IMG/VR virus record: IMGVR_UViG_2806310815_000005
Direction: 5' to 3' (one strand)
Source: an uncultured virus (IMG/VR IMGVR_UViG_2806310815_000005)
Lineage: Duplodnaviria > Heunggongvirae > Uroviricota > Caudoviricetes
Length of the DNA stretch: 64,000 nucleotides
Shown: positions 1-10,760 of the stretch, piece by piece
Layout: each line of letters starts with the position of its first letter
How positions within the stretch are numbered: position 1 is the first letter of the stretch
Program-made: the position numbers and the translations under genes
Notes under the pieces: model-generated
Told to the model about the DNA's origin: nothing
The model's database searches: none
What the model saw: only the letters and a program-made list of their open reading frames with translations

Positions 1-693
1 TTTCTAATACTAGTAGCTTGGTTTGCGATAGACGAGTATTTTGATAAAAAAAAGTTAGAAAAAGCTCAAATAGAGTTACGTACAACTAAAATTAAAAACG
101 ACACTTTAGTTCAAATTAATGATAGGCAGTATACTAAACTAGTAGCAGACACATTAACAGAAAAACAACTCCGAAAAAAAATTGATAGTTTTGGAATTGT
201 AGTAAAAAATCCCGTTCTTGCACAAGAAATAAAATACATACCAATAACTGTAGAAAAACCTGTAGAGAAGTTAGTAAAAACAGATACTACAATAACAGCT
301 ATTGATTACTACCCAAAGCAAGAAAACTATTTTGCAAAACACACGACAGTATTTAAAACAAAAGACCTTACTGCCACAGGAAAGTTTGAATTCCAAGAAA
401 CAAGTATAAAGCTTGTAGTAAGTGAAAATGAAGACGGAACTTACAGAGCAACTTCTGACCTACCTAAATACTTCAATGTAACATCAATAGATGTCCAATC
501 ACAACCACTAGTCCCAACACAAAAAGACAGGTTTGGATTTATAGTAGGAGGTTCTTTAGGGAAAGAAATGGGGGCAGGTACTGAGGTAGATTTTTTCAGG
601 TTAAATGCAGGTATAAGATTTAATAAAGTTTACCTAATGTCAGGTGTAAGTTCAGACGGTCAATTAGATGTAGGTATAAATATTGAATTATAA
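1..693 (+). CDS. 5'-truncated membrane-anchored protein, possibly spanin-like lysis protein
   Basis: Frame 1 is open from base 1 (FLILVAWFAIDEYF... hydrophobic) to TAA 691-693, which overlaps the next ATG. The C-terminus has Gly/aromatic beta-strand-like segments (FGFIVGGSLG...LDVGINIEL). Not in the ORF track because it has no start. Confidence 0.5.
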   Translation, partial: FLILVAWFAIDEYFDKKKLEKAQIELRTTKIKNDTLVQINDRQYTKLVADTLTEKQLRKKIDSFGIVVKNPVLAQEIKYIPITVEKPVEKLVKTDTTITAIDYYPKQENYFAKHTTVFKTKDLTATGKFEFQETSIKLVVSENEDGTYRATSDLPKYFNVTSIDVQSQPLVPTQKDRFGFIVGGSLGKEMGAGTEVDFFRLNAGIRFNKVYLMSGVSSDGQLDVGINIEL

Positions 694-1226
694 TGGATAA
701 AAATAAGATAATAGTAGACTTTTTAGTTATACCTACAAATGAACCTAAGTACTTAGTAATATCGGATGCTAGCTATTGGGGGAGGATAACAGATACTACA
801 ACAATAGTTGAAATTATAACACCAGGATCTTCAAAACCTGTAGTACACTATTTTGCGCAAGGTAAACAAAACATATTTAATTCGATAAACTTAGAAGTTT
901 CAGTCGATGAAGATGTAAAAGTAGATTTACCAGATGGTATTTATCAGATAACCCTAAAAGGATCACCAGACACTTACAAAAAAACAAGAAGTTATTTAAA
1001 AACAGATAAAATTAGATTAGACATTTATAAACTTTATCTTAATTTAAGTAACGATGTAAATAATTGGTCAGAAGAAGAATTAGATTATATTACAAGGATT
1101 GAAATGTTAATTACAAAGTCAGAGGTATTTACAATAGAAAATAAGTTTAAAGAAGCTAACATAACCTACAATCAAGCTAGAATGTTAGTAGATGAATACA
1201 ACAAAAAATGGGAGTCCAAACAATAA
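693..1226 (+). CDS. hypothetical virion/tail-associated protein (177 aa)
   Basis: ORF track; TAATG coupling to the upstream gene; structural-module context. Confidence 0.6.
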   Translation: MDKNKIIVDFLVIPTNEPKYLVISDASYWGRITDTTTIVEIITPGSSKPVVHYFAQGKQNIFNSINLEVSVDEDVKVDLPDGIYQITLKGSPDTYKKTRSYLKTDKIRLDIYKLYLNLSNDVNNWSEEELDYITRIEMLITKSEVFTIENKFKEANITYNQARMLVDEYNKKWESKQ

Positions 1227-1414
1227 TAGAGAACTTAGTTTTTGAACGCGCTTACGAGAGGTTAGATAAATCTTATCAAAAATGGCAAATAAAAAGACGT
1301 TTTGATTTAGGAGATTACCCAAACAGCAATAGTGTAAGAAAAGACCTGTTGCTTACGAAAATATGTAAGTTTAACAACTGCAATCTAAAAGAACAAATAG
1401 AGAATTATGAGTAA
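1208..1414 (+). CDS. hypothetical protein (68 aa)
   Basis: ORF track; overlaps both neighbours in an operon-like fashion. Confidence 0.55.
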   Translation: MGVQTIIENLVFERAYERLDKSYQKWQIKRRFDLGDYPNSNSVRKDLLLTKICKFNNCNLKEQIENYE

Positions 1415-1832
1415 TTGCGGCGAAAAATTAAGTAACACAGCTACTGCAAAAAGTAAAGCACCTTCAGTAATATACGAAGGGAGTAGAAGTGAAAAAACAA
1501 AACTTATAGGAGATTGTGATATAACATTAGCGGATACCACACAGGACACTTATGAAATCTTAGATGATATATATTCTGAAATAGATAATTCTGAATTAGG
1601 TAACGATTATATAACCTACACAGATTTAAAAACAAACACTGTACTTTATAAACACGAAGAGGAGTTAGGAAACCTTAACGATAAAGTAACTACACTACAG
1701 AACCAAAATATTTGTGAATTAGATATAACAAATTGCGGTATAAATTTAACAGGCATCTCAGATCAATGTGAAAACCCAATTACTACATTAGGAGAGTTGT
1801 TAAAATATTTAGTAGAACAAAATCAAGTATAA
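1407..1832 (+). CDS. Cys-containing tail-fibre adaptor-like protein (141 aa)
   Basis: N-terminal Cys and coiled-coil-like segment resemble the N-termini of the downstream fibre proteins. Confidence 0.5.
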   Translation: MSNCGEKLSNTATAKSKAPSVIYEGSRSEKTKLIGDCDITLADTTQDTYEILDDIYSEIDNSELGNDYITYTDLKTNTVLYKHEEELGNLNDKVTTLQNQNICELDITNCGINLTGISDQCENPITTLGELLKYLVEQNQV

Positions 1833-1834
1833 TA

Positions 1835-3070
1835 ATGGCAACTTGCGAAACTAACATACCACAAACAGATAATACACCTTTACCTTGCGATGATTATGTA
1901 AATGATATTTGCGTAACTATCCAAGAGGGGTATCCATTTATAAATTCAAATGACAATGAGTCTTTAAAAGAAGTTTTAGAGAAAATCATAGAGAAAATGA
2001 TCGCTATAAACGGAGGAGATACTAATCAATATGATATAGCTTTAAATGGGAACAATTTAGAACTATCGGTTGATAATACACTAGTCACTTCTCTTGACTT
2101 ATCACAATTTTTAGACAACACTAATCTAGCTAGAATTACAAGTGCTGACTATACAGGAACAACACTTACTTTAACAAGAGGTGATGCTTCTACAATAACT
2201 GCTGAAATAATTACAGTAAACCCAACAGGTCTAGAAGCTATAGATGAGGGAAATGGAACAGGTTGGCGACTTATAGGTAAAAACCCTACTAACTATGGGA
2301 ATACAGGAAGTAACTCTGTAGATTTTTCACATAGTATTAGCTCATCTACGACTAATGGAGCTACGGGAAATAACTCATTTGCAGCAGGGTATAATACTGA
2401 GGCTTCAGGTAACAACTCTACAGCAATGGGTTATCAGTCAATTGCATCAGGTTTTGTAGGGGCTACATTAGGATACGGAGGGAGAGCAACAGGAACAGCA
2501 TCTTTTACTATAGGTTATGGTCATAATAACTCTGATAAAATTATTGCATCAGGACAAGGCTCTTTTGCAGGAGGCTCTGTTACTTTATCAGGTAGTAGAA
2601 TAGAAGCATCAGGACAGGGCTCTTTTTCTTTTGGTGCACCTAATAATGGAAATTCATTAGCTTCTGGTGTTAGTTCTTTTGCTATGGGAAAGGGTGTAGA
2701 ATCTCAAGGTGATTATTCTTTTGCTTTTGGTCAAGAAGTTTTAGCATCAGGTAATTCATCTTTTGCATTAGGATTTGGTAATAATTCCAGAGCTACGGGT
2801 GAACTTTCAATAGGCAGAAACGGTACAGACTATACATCAAACGATGATATTAATGATAGATTATTTAATATAGGTATAGGGGATACAAATCTCTCACGTA
2901 AAGATGCCTTTACTGTTTATAGAAGTGGGGCTGCAAAATTTCATCCAATAGCAAAATCTACTATAACTAATGCTAGCGCAGGAATGTTTATCTCTAACTC
3001 AGAGGAAAGCAATAGGTTAGAATTTTATGATGGAACTCAGTGGAACGTAATATCAATGACACCTGCTTAA
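1835..3070 (+). CDS. tail fibre/adhesin with YadA-head-like repeats (411 aa)
   Basis: Repeated ASGxxSxAxG motifs (ASGNNSTAMG, ASGQGSFAGG, ASGVSSFAMG, ASGNSSFALG) typical of trimeric beta-roll adhesin heads. Confidence 0.75.
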   Translation: MATCETNIPQTDNTPLPCDDYVNDICVTIQEGYPFINSNDNESLKEVLEKIIEKMIAINGGDTNQYDIALNGNNLELSVDNTLVTSLDLSQFLDNTNLARITSADYTGTTLTLTRGDASTITAEIITVNPTGLEAIDEGNGTGWRLIGKNPTNYGNTGSNSVDFSHSISSSTTNGATGNNSFAAGYNTEASGNNSTAMGYQSIASGFVGATLGYGGRATGTASFTIGYGHNNSDKIIASGQGSFAGGSVTLSGSRIEASGQGSFSFGAPNNGNSLASGVSSFAMGKGVESQGDYSFAFGQEVLASGNSSFALGFGNNSRATGELSIGRNGTDYTSNDDINDRLFNIGIGDTNLSRKDAFTVYRSGAAKFHPIAKSTITNASAGMFISNSEESNRLEFYDGTQWNVISMTPA

Positions 3071-3082
3071 ACTATTTTTTAA

Positions 3083-6000
3083 ATGGCTTGTAAAAAATGT
3101 AATAAGATAAAATGCTACTGTAACTCAACACCCCTTTTAGATATAAAATACAAAGGGGAGCAGTTGGAGTGCATATCTATTGAAGAGGGAGATAACATTA
3201 ACACCGCTTTAATAAATATAAATGAGAGGTTCTGTAGTATAACACCGCCACCATCAAACTTAGATATTATAAACATAGGAGAAGGTGAAGAAATATATGC
3301 GGGGGTAAACAATCAAAACAAAAAACAGTTTAAAAGTGTAAAAGGAGAAGGGGATATAGTTGTAACATCTGACTCTGATGAAATTACTATATCTACAAGT
3401 ATAGATATAAACAATACAGTAAGAGAAATAGATTTAGGGACTTTACCTGGAAGCTTGGTTGAATCAGAAGTGTTAGAGCAAGTAAGACAAACAATTGACG
3501 ATCTAAATTTAATAGTGGGTAAAGATGAGAATATACTTTTCAAAGTACAAACTCAAAAAGATTTTTACGACACAGGGGACATAACAAATGTAAGCCAAAA
3601 ATATATATGGAAAAAAGGTAAAGGAGATTGGAGTAGTTATACAGTTACAAATAATGATTTTACGATAGTAAAAGATACTCCTTTAGATAAACCAGTTACT
3701 AGAACTTCGGACATAATTAACGACGGAAAAGGGGAAGGAGAACCTTACATAACTGCTCAAGATATACCTGAATTTTCCTTAACACAACTATCACCATCAA
3801 ATACATTTGATTTATTAAAAGAAGGTCAGACAGTAGTAACAGTAGACTTATCTAGTCTTGTAAATACTTTTGACCAACCTAAAATTATAGGTGGAGATTT
3901 TAATGAAAGTTCAGGAGAACTTTCCTTGGTTCGAGACGATTCTAGTACACTATTAGTAGATTTTTCATTGTTAGTTGAATCTATACCTTTAAGTACTTCT
4001 GAGATAACAAATAACGGTTCTAATGGAGTATCTCCTTATGCGGAGGTAGGAGATTTAGGAGAAGTTGCTATTTCTAATGATTATAATGATTTAAACAACA
4101 AACCTAATTTACCGTTAAGTACTTCGGATATAATCAATGATGGTCAAGACGGAATTTTCCCTTTTATAACTAGTGCTGAAATACCTAACAGAACCTCCTC
4201 ATTTGTAAATGACGGATCTAATGGGTTAGATACTTATTTAGAAGACTCACAGGCTTCCCTACAAAAAATAACTAGTACTGGAAGTACAACCACTGAAATC
4301 ATAGAGACAGCGGGGTACTCTAAGACAGGAAAAACAGATAAAGACCTGCCTACACTTGGAGGGAATGATATAGCTATAAGCGATGTATACATTAAGGTAG
4401 ATTCACAAGACTCTTTAAAATCGCAGATCAATCTTTTTGACGGGAAAACTTTTGATTTCTTAGGAAAAAAAGTGCGATATGATGAAAATGCAACCCCTGA
4501 CGGTGTAGATGTAATAGCTCATAGTACTTTAAGCGGGGGTTTTGTAATAGATCACGATTACCTATTAGATGCAAGACTATTTGGTCTTAAAGAGGGGCAA
4601 GATAATGGCTATGTTTTTGAAGCGATTTCTACAAAAATACAGTCTATAGGAGGAGATTGTGTAGTAGTTATACCTTCTGGTACTTACGACAGTACTAAAC
4701 AGATTAGAGTTACTTCTAACAATGTAACCATCCAATTAAATGGGACAATTAATTATACAGGTACAGAAAAAGTACACTTCATAGAGGTAGGGACAAACGG
4801 AGGAACTCAATTAAGGAACTTTAAGCTTCTAGGAACAAACGGAGCAACTGTTAAAGGTTATGACGAATTACAAGGAGTTACATTTGTTCAAAATGATGAT
4901 GGAGATTGCTGCCACGTGGATAATACTCTCGGTGTAGTAATCAAAGATGTAGCTTTTAATAATGGTTATGTTAGCGGTGTACAAGTTGCGAGGTCGGCAA
5001 GTATAATTATAGATAACTGCACAGCGACAGGCTCTCAAAATAATAACGGTATTTCAATTGCTTTCGGAATAGCTAACCCCACTGATGAACAATACCCACA
5101 ATCACTTATATCAAATTGTAAGGCTTTTGATTGTATAGACTTTGGAATCGCTTCTTTTGCAAGTATTAACGTTTCGTTTGAAAACTGTTATGCAATTAAT
5201 TGCGGCAATTACGATGAAAACCAAATAGATGCGGGTGGAGGTATATCAATGGAAGATAATGCTGGTGTCCCTAACTCAATTACGTTTAATAATGTATTTA
5301 AGAATTGTCACGCTATCGATTGTAAGAATCAAGGTTTCTTTATAACGGGTAATGGTGTAGAGTTAGATGATTTTTGTACTGCCAGTGGTACGCTTCGAGA
5401 TACATCAGGGGGTGACCCTAACTTCTTCAATGGAAATGGTGTTTTCATAGCAAATGCTCAAAATGTTAAGATAAAAGGAACTTACACCAACAACGCCACA
5501 GATGGTGTTCAAATACTAGGTGATGTCAATGGATTATTTTACACAGGATTTGTTGACATAACATCTAAATCAAATGGTAGACATGGCTTATTTGGTCGAG
5601 GGATATCGCAACTAAAAATTAATGGAGGTGATTATGAAAACAACACTTCAGGCGGTATAAGGTTTCAAAATAATTCAGCTACTTATAATACAGGTAACGG
5701 TGAAATTATAGGTAACAATATATCTACCAGATTTAATGGTGATGAGGGCTCTTTCTTCACTGGTTTAAAATCTATTAAGATAGACAATCACTATGTTGAA
5801 GATGAAGGTGGTAATGGTGTGAGATTTGAAAATACAGAAACAGTTAGAGTTAACAGTATAAAAGCTTTCACTTCTGACATAGGGGCGTTTGGTAATGCTG
5901 TTAACATCCTCGCCAGTTGTACAAATGGGTATATAAAAGATACGGATGTTGGAAGTCTTAGTGTAGTCAATAATGCCACTAATAAAGAAGAAGTACTTAA

Positions 6001-7216
6001 AAAATCTGACTATAACTGGGATAGTACAGGTAAACTAAAAGTGAATGGTAATGAGGTTTACCATCCGGGAAATTTACCGCCTAGTATTACAGAGGCTGAT
6101 ATTACAGGAACTGAAAGACAGTATACTCAGCAGCAGCAATTTTCTATCCAACAGGTGGCTGATGCGTCCACTTTGGTCTGGAATTTAAGAGGAAAACAAG
6201 TAGCTTATTTACTTACTACGTCGGGGGTTGGTAATAATAGAACGTTTTTTAACACATCACTTGTTAATCCAATTAACGGTGGTTACTCAAAACTATATTA
6301 CATACAAGATGCTATAGGAGGTAGAGATATAACTTTTGGTAATAACTTTGTGGTGTCGGGGGAAATTGACCTTAGAGCTGACAAAGTGACGATTATACAC
6401 CTAAATATTAGTAGGGATGGTTCAAAGTATTACGTTCGTCTAGAACCTGTTGAGTCCTTTATAACGTATACGGATGAAAGGTTATCAAATCTAGTCAATG
6501 ATTTAACTGAATCTGAGAAACAAGTAATTCTTGATAAGTTAGGAGTACCTTATCAAAATTCAGGTTGGACAAGTAATTTAAGTATAGATAATAGTGTTAC
6601 ACCAATAACAGTACCCGCTAATACTGATTTCCAACTTAAGATACAGAACCAAACAATAATTGAACCTCAAAAACCAGACGATGTGTATGCCTTCCTAGTA
6701 GGAAAACGCTTAAAAATATCTTCTATTTCAGGTTCTTTTGAAGTTGGGGAAACTGTTACAGGAGGAACAAGTGGTGCAACGGGGGATGTAATATATATAG
6801 GTGCTGATTTTATTGATTTACAGAACGTATCTAACGTATTAGATTTTACTACCTCAGAAACTATTACTGGGGGGACAAGTACAGCTACAGCAACGGTAGA
6901 TTCAGATGAAGGGTCATTATTAACAGGACGTGAAGGAGACGATTTAGCTCTTCAATTATATATGACTATTGATACAGGGTCTACAAACTCTAAAATTGAT
7001 ACTTGGATTGATATAGGTGGTTCGGTCGGAGAACTATACAGAGAATCAAAAAACTACATAGACTCAGGTACAAACTATTTTAAAGTAATATTTGAAGGTT
7101 ATACTTTAGATACATTCGAGAGTAATGGAGGTAAGATATATGTTAGGTCATCTAATACTTTCGATATAACTAGTGTTATAACAGTAACTACTAAAAGGAG
7201 TCACAAAGCAAGATAA
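3083..7216 (+). CDS. tail spike with right-handed beta-helix (pectate-lyase-like) domain, putative depolymerase (1377 aa)
   Basis: Cys-rich N-terminus; four TSxxxN(D/N)G repeats; entry motif DARLFG...VVIPSGTY; N/G/C-rich beta-helix repeats; C-terminal ET(V/I)TGGTS repeats. Confidence 0.75.
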   Translation: MACKKCNKIKCYCNSTPLLDIKYKGEQLECISIEEGDNINTALININERFCSITPPPSNLDIINIGEGEEIYAGVNNQNKKQFKSVKGEGDIVVTSDSDEITISTSIDINNTVREIDLGTLPGSLVESEVLEQVRQTIDDLNLIVGKDENILFKVQTQKDFYDTGDITNVSQKYIWKKGKGDWSSYTVTNNDFTIVKDTPLDKPVTRTSDIINDGKGEGEPYITAQDIPEFSLTQLSPSNTFDLLKEGQTVVTVDLSSLVNTFDQPKIIGGDFNESSGELSLVRDDSSTLLVDFSLLVESIPLSTSEITNNGSNGVSPYAEVGDLGEVAISNDYNDLNNKPNLPLSTSDIINDGQDGIFPFITSAEIPNRTSSFVNDGSNGLDTYLEDSQASLQKITSTGSTTTEIIETAGYSKTGKTDKDLPTLGGNDIAISDVYIKVDSQDSLKSQINLFDGKTFDFLGKKVRYDENATPDGVDVIAHSTLSGGFVIDHDYLLDARLFGLKEGQDNGYVFEAISTKIQSIGGDCVVVIPSGTYDSTKQIRVTSNNVTIQLNGTINYTGTEKVHFIEVGTNGGTQLRNFKLLGTNGATVKGYDELQGVTFVQNDDGDCCHVDNTLGVVIKDVAFNNGYVSGVQVARSASIIIDNCTATGSQNNNGISIAFGIANPTDEQYPQSLISNCKAFDCIDFGIASFASINVSFENCYAINCGNYDENQIDAGGGISMEDNAGVPNSITFNNVFKNCHAIDCKNQGFFITGNGVELDDFCTASGTLRDTSGGDPNFFNGNGVFIANAQNVKIKGTYTNNATDGVQILGDVNGLFYTGFVDITSKSNGRHGLFGRGISQLKINGGDYENNTSGGIRFQNNSATYNTGNGEIIGNNISTRFNGDEGSFFTGLKSIKIDNHYVEDEGGNGVRFENTETVRVNSIKAFTSDIGAFGNAVNILASCTNGYIKDTDVGSLSVVNNATNKEEVLKKSDYNWDSTGKLKVNGNEVYHPGNLPPSITEADITGTERQYTQQQQFSIQQVADASTLVWNLRGKQVAYLLTTSGVGNNRTFFNTSLVNPINGGYSKLYYIQDAIGGRDITFGNNFVVSGEIDLRADKVTIIHLNISRDGSKYYVRLEPVESFITYTDERLSNLVNDLTESEKQVILDKLGVPYQNSGWTSNLSIDNSVTPITVPANTDFQLKIQNQTIIEPQKPDDVYAFLVGKRLKISSISGSFEVGETVTGGTSGATGDVIYIGADFIDLQNVSNVLDFTTSETITGGTSTATATVDSDEGSLLTGREGDDLALQLYMTIDTGSTNSKIDTWIDIGGSVGELYRESKNYIDSGTNYFKVIFEGYTLDTFESNGGKIYVRSSNTFDITSVITVTTKRSHKAR

Positions 7217-7227
7217 ATTAAAAATAA

Positions 7228-8658
7228 ATGGCACAAATAGAAGATTGCGGTTGCACAGAAAACCAACCTTGTGGAGAATGTAAACATAAACATTCAACTA
7301 TATGTATACTTCACGAAGGAGTGAGACTTACAACCATTGACACATATAAAGGGGAAAATTTAGAGAGTATCTTAGATAAAATAGATGCACTTTTTAAACA
7401 ACTAAACGATGCAGTATTCGCAGGAAGCTCTTATTTAAATGTAGGCGGTGGTTCAGAAGTTTTCTCAAAAGTAAATGCTCAATCAAAAGCAGAGTTTAGA
7501 ACTTTGGTTGGGGGTGTAGGTATTAGTTTAGTTCAAAATTTAGAGACAATAGGTATATCTATTAATGAAGCTTATATTAATAATCTGATATCCCAAGGCG
7601 AGAGTGCGGATATAAATACCACTATGACTAACTTAGTAAGTGGTAAAAGGATTGCAACCTATACTAATGAAGAAGGCAGTACTTACGATATTGATGAAAC
7701 AATTACCACTTTTGTAGATAATGGCAATGGTAGCTTCACATATACAAATGAGCAAGGTACATCGGTAACATTCTCTGCAAACGGTTTAGAGACTATAACA
7801 GCACTTACAAATGTAAAGGCAGGAAATAGGATAGGTACGTATACAAATGAGAATGGTGTTTCAGTAGATATAGATGAGACTATAACAAACCTTGTAAATA
7901 ACAATGATAATACTCTTACCTATACTAAAGAAGACGGCACTACCGCATCTTATTCTCCGTTAAGCAGTTCTACAGTACAAAAAGGAGTTATAGAAACGGC
8001 AACAAACTTAGAAGTGCAAGCAGGAACAGATAATGAAAGAGCTATAACACCTTCAGGACTCTCTTCAAGAACAGCTACAGAAACAAGAACAGGTATATTA
8101 GAAACAGCTACACAAGCAGAATCTGATGCTTTATCAGCAGTAGATAAAATAGTAACACCTGGGACTATACCAATAGCAAGTGAAACACAACAAGGATTGT
8201 CGGAAAGAGCTACACAAGCAGAAGTAGACGCAGGAACAGATACAACTAGGTACGTTACACCTGCTACACTTCAATCTAAGCTAGACGATGAAATAGGAGG
8301 CATCTCGGCAGGATTACAAACAACAACTGTAAATTTAAATACAAGTTCTTGGGGCGATAATCAGGAGCTTTTACTAAGCCACAACATAGGCTCTAACCCA
8401 ATAACGGCTTTTATGACAGCTACAGTAGTTTCAGGAAGCCAAGAAGGATGGGTAGTTGGAGACAGAGTACAAATAACACCTAATGCGCATAATTACGAGA
8501 ATGAAACAGATGGTGGAGTTACTATACAATTTACATCCACAACTCAATTTAGGCTTATAATAGGAGATGTAATAGTAGCTTTAAACAAAACTACAGGAAG
8601 AAGATTTTTCTTAGATAATACGGTTTGGTCTTTGCAAATAACATTTTTACATATTTAG
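7228..8658 (+). CDS. tail fibre protein (476 aa)
   Basis: Cys-rich N-terminus, duplicated TYTNExG..DIDETIT units, and ATETRTGILETATQAE/ASETQQGLSERATQAE repeats resembling T4-type fibre repeats. Confidence 0.75.
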   Translation: MAQIEDCGCTENQPCGECKHKHSTICILHEGVRLTTIDTYKGENLESILDKIDALFKQLNDAVFAGSSYLNVGGGSEVFSKVNAQSKAEFRTLVGGVGISLVQNLETIGISINEAYINNLISQGESADINTTMTNLVSGKRIATYTNEEGSTYDIDETITTFVDNGNGSFTYTNEQGTSVTFSANGLETITALTNVKAGNRIGTYTNENGVSVDIDETITNLVNNNDNTLTYTKEDGTTASYSPLSSSTVQKGVIETATNLEVQAGTDNERAITPSGLSSRTATETRTGILETATQAESDALSAVDKIVTPGTIPIASETQQGLSERATQAEVDAGTDTTRYVTPATLQSKLDDEIGGISAGLQTTTVNLNTSSWGDNQELLLSHNIGSNPITAFMTATVVSGSQEGWVVGDRVQITPNAHNYENETDGGVTIQFTSTTQFRLIIGDVIVALNKTTGRRFFLDNTVWSLQITFLHI

Positions 8659-8688
8659 ATAAGTTTTTTGGTTTTTACTTATCTTTTT

Positions 8689-8717
8689 GAGGGGGGGTAT
8701 TACACTCCCTCTTTTTT
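8689..8717 (+). terminator. intrinsic terminator after the tail-fibre genes
   Basis: GAGGGGG...CTCCCTC stem followed by TTTTTT; preceded by a second inverted repeat AGATAAGT..ACTTATCT (8657-8684). Confidence 0.65.
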
Positions 8718-8767
8718 GATTTTAGCAATTTTTAATATTCAAAGTTAATAGTTAATTTTACCAAATT

Positions 8768-9430
8768 ATGAGCACCTACGTAGATATAGTAAGCAGGATT
8801 TCAAATACCATAAAGTCTATAAACAAGGATGATAGAACTTCTAGGAGGTATATATTATCTGTATTTTTATCAAAATTGGAACTATTAATATCATCTAAAT
8901 TGCACGATAGATCTTTATTTAGAGAAACGTCTTTGTATACAGAGATACCTTGTTTTGAAATGGAGTATAAAGACAAATATGAGTGCGATAATATTGAATT
9001 TACATCTTCAAATTATGTTATGAGGTCGGTTAAAAAATTACCCCCTTTAGTAAATAGTAGATTTGGAGAGTCTATAAAAGAAGTTACAAATATAGATGGT
9101 ACAGTGGAGTACAGACCAATCACGCAGTCTAAATATAGGAGAAATTTAAAAAGAGAAGGTAAAGACCCAAACCAAAGGTATTTTATTATAGACGGGCACT
9201 TAGTTCTACCGCACACCACAACAGAAACAGTTAGGCTCTTACCACTTACTCTAGAAACCTATAAAATAGAATCGTGTGATAAGGATTACTGTAAATCATA
9301 TTGGGATTACGAAGTACCAAACTCATCAAAACTTACTGATATTGCAGTACAACAAACCCTTCAAGAACTAGGTTTTCATAAACAAGTAGTAGAAGATGAA
9401 AAACCAAATTTAAATTCAAACGAAAAATAA
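8768..9430 (+). CDS. crAss-like tail ring/tubular protein (220 aa)
   Basis: Size, position before the muzzle-like gene and the N-terminal DDRTSRRYI pattern resemble crAss-like ring proteins; by eye only. Confidence 0.5.
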   Translation: MSTYVDIVSRISNTIKSINKDDRTSRRYILSVFLSKLELLISSKLHDRSLFRETSLYTEIPCFEMEYKDKYECDNIEFTSSNYVMRSVKKLPPLVNSRFGESIKEVTNIDGTVEYRPITQSKYRRNLKREGKDPNQRYFIIDGHLVLPHTTTETVRLLPLTLETYKIESCDKDYCKSYWDYEVPNSSKLTDIAVQQTLQELGFHKQVVEDEKPNLNSNEK

Positions 9431-9895
9431 GTGTTAGATAAATTAGAAACCATTACCTGTGAAGATGATTTCCAGTTTTACAGAAAAAATTCAAAACACA
9501 GAGTAGTAAAACACACACCAAGATCAGTATATCACGCAACAATAGTCAATTTATTTTGGAATAAGGTTGCAGATAAAATGATAGAAAAAACAGGAGGGGT
9601 ATTTATAAGAGACTTCGGGTACTTCTTTATTTGTATAGACCCAAAAAGAGGTGCTAAACAACACGAGTTCCTCAAAAAAAAGTTCTTTAATCCCGCAACA
9701 AAGTCATATAGATTTTTTCCGATGTTCATTCCAAACAGAAGTATTTGGGAATTAAGATATTTTACAACTGACAGACTATATACAGATAGATTTAGATCTA
9801 AACTAGTAAAAAAGTTAAAAGCAGGTAAGATGTACAAGTGCTACTATAATGAGATAATTACCACACTTAATAAGTATAATGATAAAGTAGGATGA
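9431..9895 (+). CDS. basic protein, possibly IHF/HU-like (154 aa)
   Basis: GGVFIRDFGYF resembles the HU/IHF VxIxxFGxF motif; Lys/Arg-rich; crAss-like phages carry IHF-like genes in the structural block. Confidence 0.4.
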   Translation: MLDKLETITCEDDFQFYRKNSKHRVVKHTPRSVYHATIVNLFWNKVADKMIEKTGGVFIRDFGYFFICIDPKRGAKQHEFLKKKFFNPATKSYRFFPMFIPNRSIWELRYFTTDRLYTDRFRSKLVKKLKAGKMYKCYYNEIITTLNKYNDKVG

Positions 9896-10758
9896 CAAGA
9901 GCCCAACTAATAGAAGAAATAAAAGCAGGAGGTTTTGAGCAATATGAAGAAGCAGGGATTATTGATGATATATCTTTAAACAGATGGATTAAAAATGAGT
10001 TGAAACGCTTCGGAGCTAATGTAATGATTACCTCTGAGAAAACCTTACAAGTTATAAATGGTAAGGCGCAGCTACCTGAGAATTTTTGGAAACTTGATAT
10101 GGCTATTAGAGTTGATTTAAATAAGATTAGCGGAGAAGGTGATAAAGAAGATTTCTTACAAAGTGCTTATTTTTACAAACAAAGGAATGAAGTAGATGTA
10201 GAATGGGATAACGCATCAGAATCCTTTGAGCATAAAAACTATAAATGTATTGAAGAAAAGATATACCTTAGAAGAGCAACACTTACTTGCGAATACACAA
10301 ATCCTAGGTTTTTAACTTTAACAAAAGGTTTTAACAGAGAAACAGTCTCAAAAAAGTATCATAACTATAGTAAACAATACTCGGCATCAGCTAGCCACCA
10401 AATAAATATAGTTGGTGATTATATAAACACCAATTTTAAAGAAGGGTGGGTATATATTCAATATATTGGTCTTGAGTCTAATGAAGATGGGGATTTTATA
10501 ATACCAAAAGGAAACCACAATAGAATTGAAGAATACCTTATAGCTTATTGTAGAAAGCGTATATTAGAAGATTTAATTATGGGGGACGACCCTAATAAAA
10601 TAAATATGCTTAATTATTACAGACAAGAAGTTAGGGACTTATTTTCTTTAGCAATGACAGATGCAAAGTTCCACGGTGCTCAAGGTTGGAGAAGTGCAGT
10701 TAAAAGAAGTATAAAAAGAAATAGCAGAGCTTACGAAGCAATGTTACCAACAAAGTAA
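9892..10758 (+). CDS. crAss-like tail ring/adaptor protein (288 aa)
   Basis: ORF track; directly upstream of the muzzle-like gene; ATGA overlap. Confidence 0.5.
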   Translation: MTRAQLIEEIKAGGFEQYEEAGIIDDISLNRWIKNELKRFGANVMITSEKTLQVINGKAQLPENFWKLDMAIRVDLNKISGEGDKEDFLQSAYFYKQRNEVDVEWDNASESFEHKNYKCIEEKIYLRRATLTCEYTNPRFLTLTKGFNRETVSKKYHNYSKQYSASASHQINIVGDYINTNFKEGWVYIQYIGLESNEDGDFIIPKGNHNRIEEYLIAYCRKRILEDLIMGDDPNKINMLNYYRQEVRDLFSLAMTDAKFHGAQGWRSAVKRSIKRNSRAYEAMLPTK

Positions 10759-10760
10759 TA

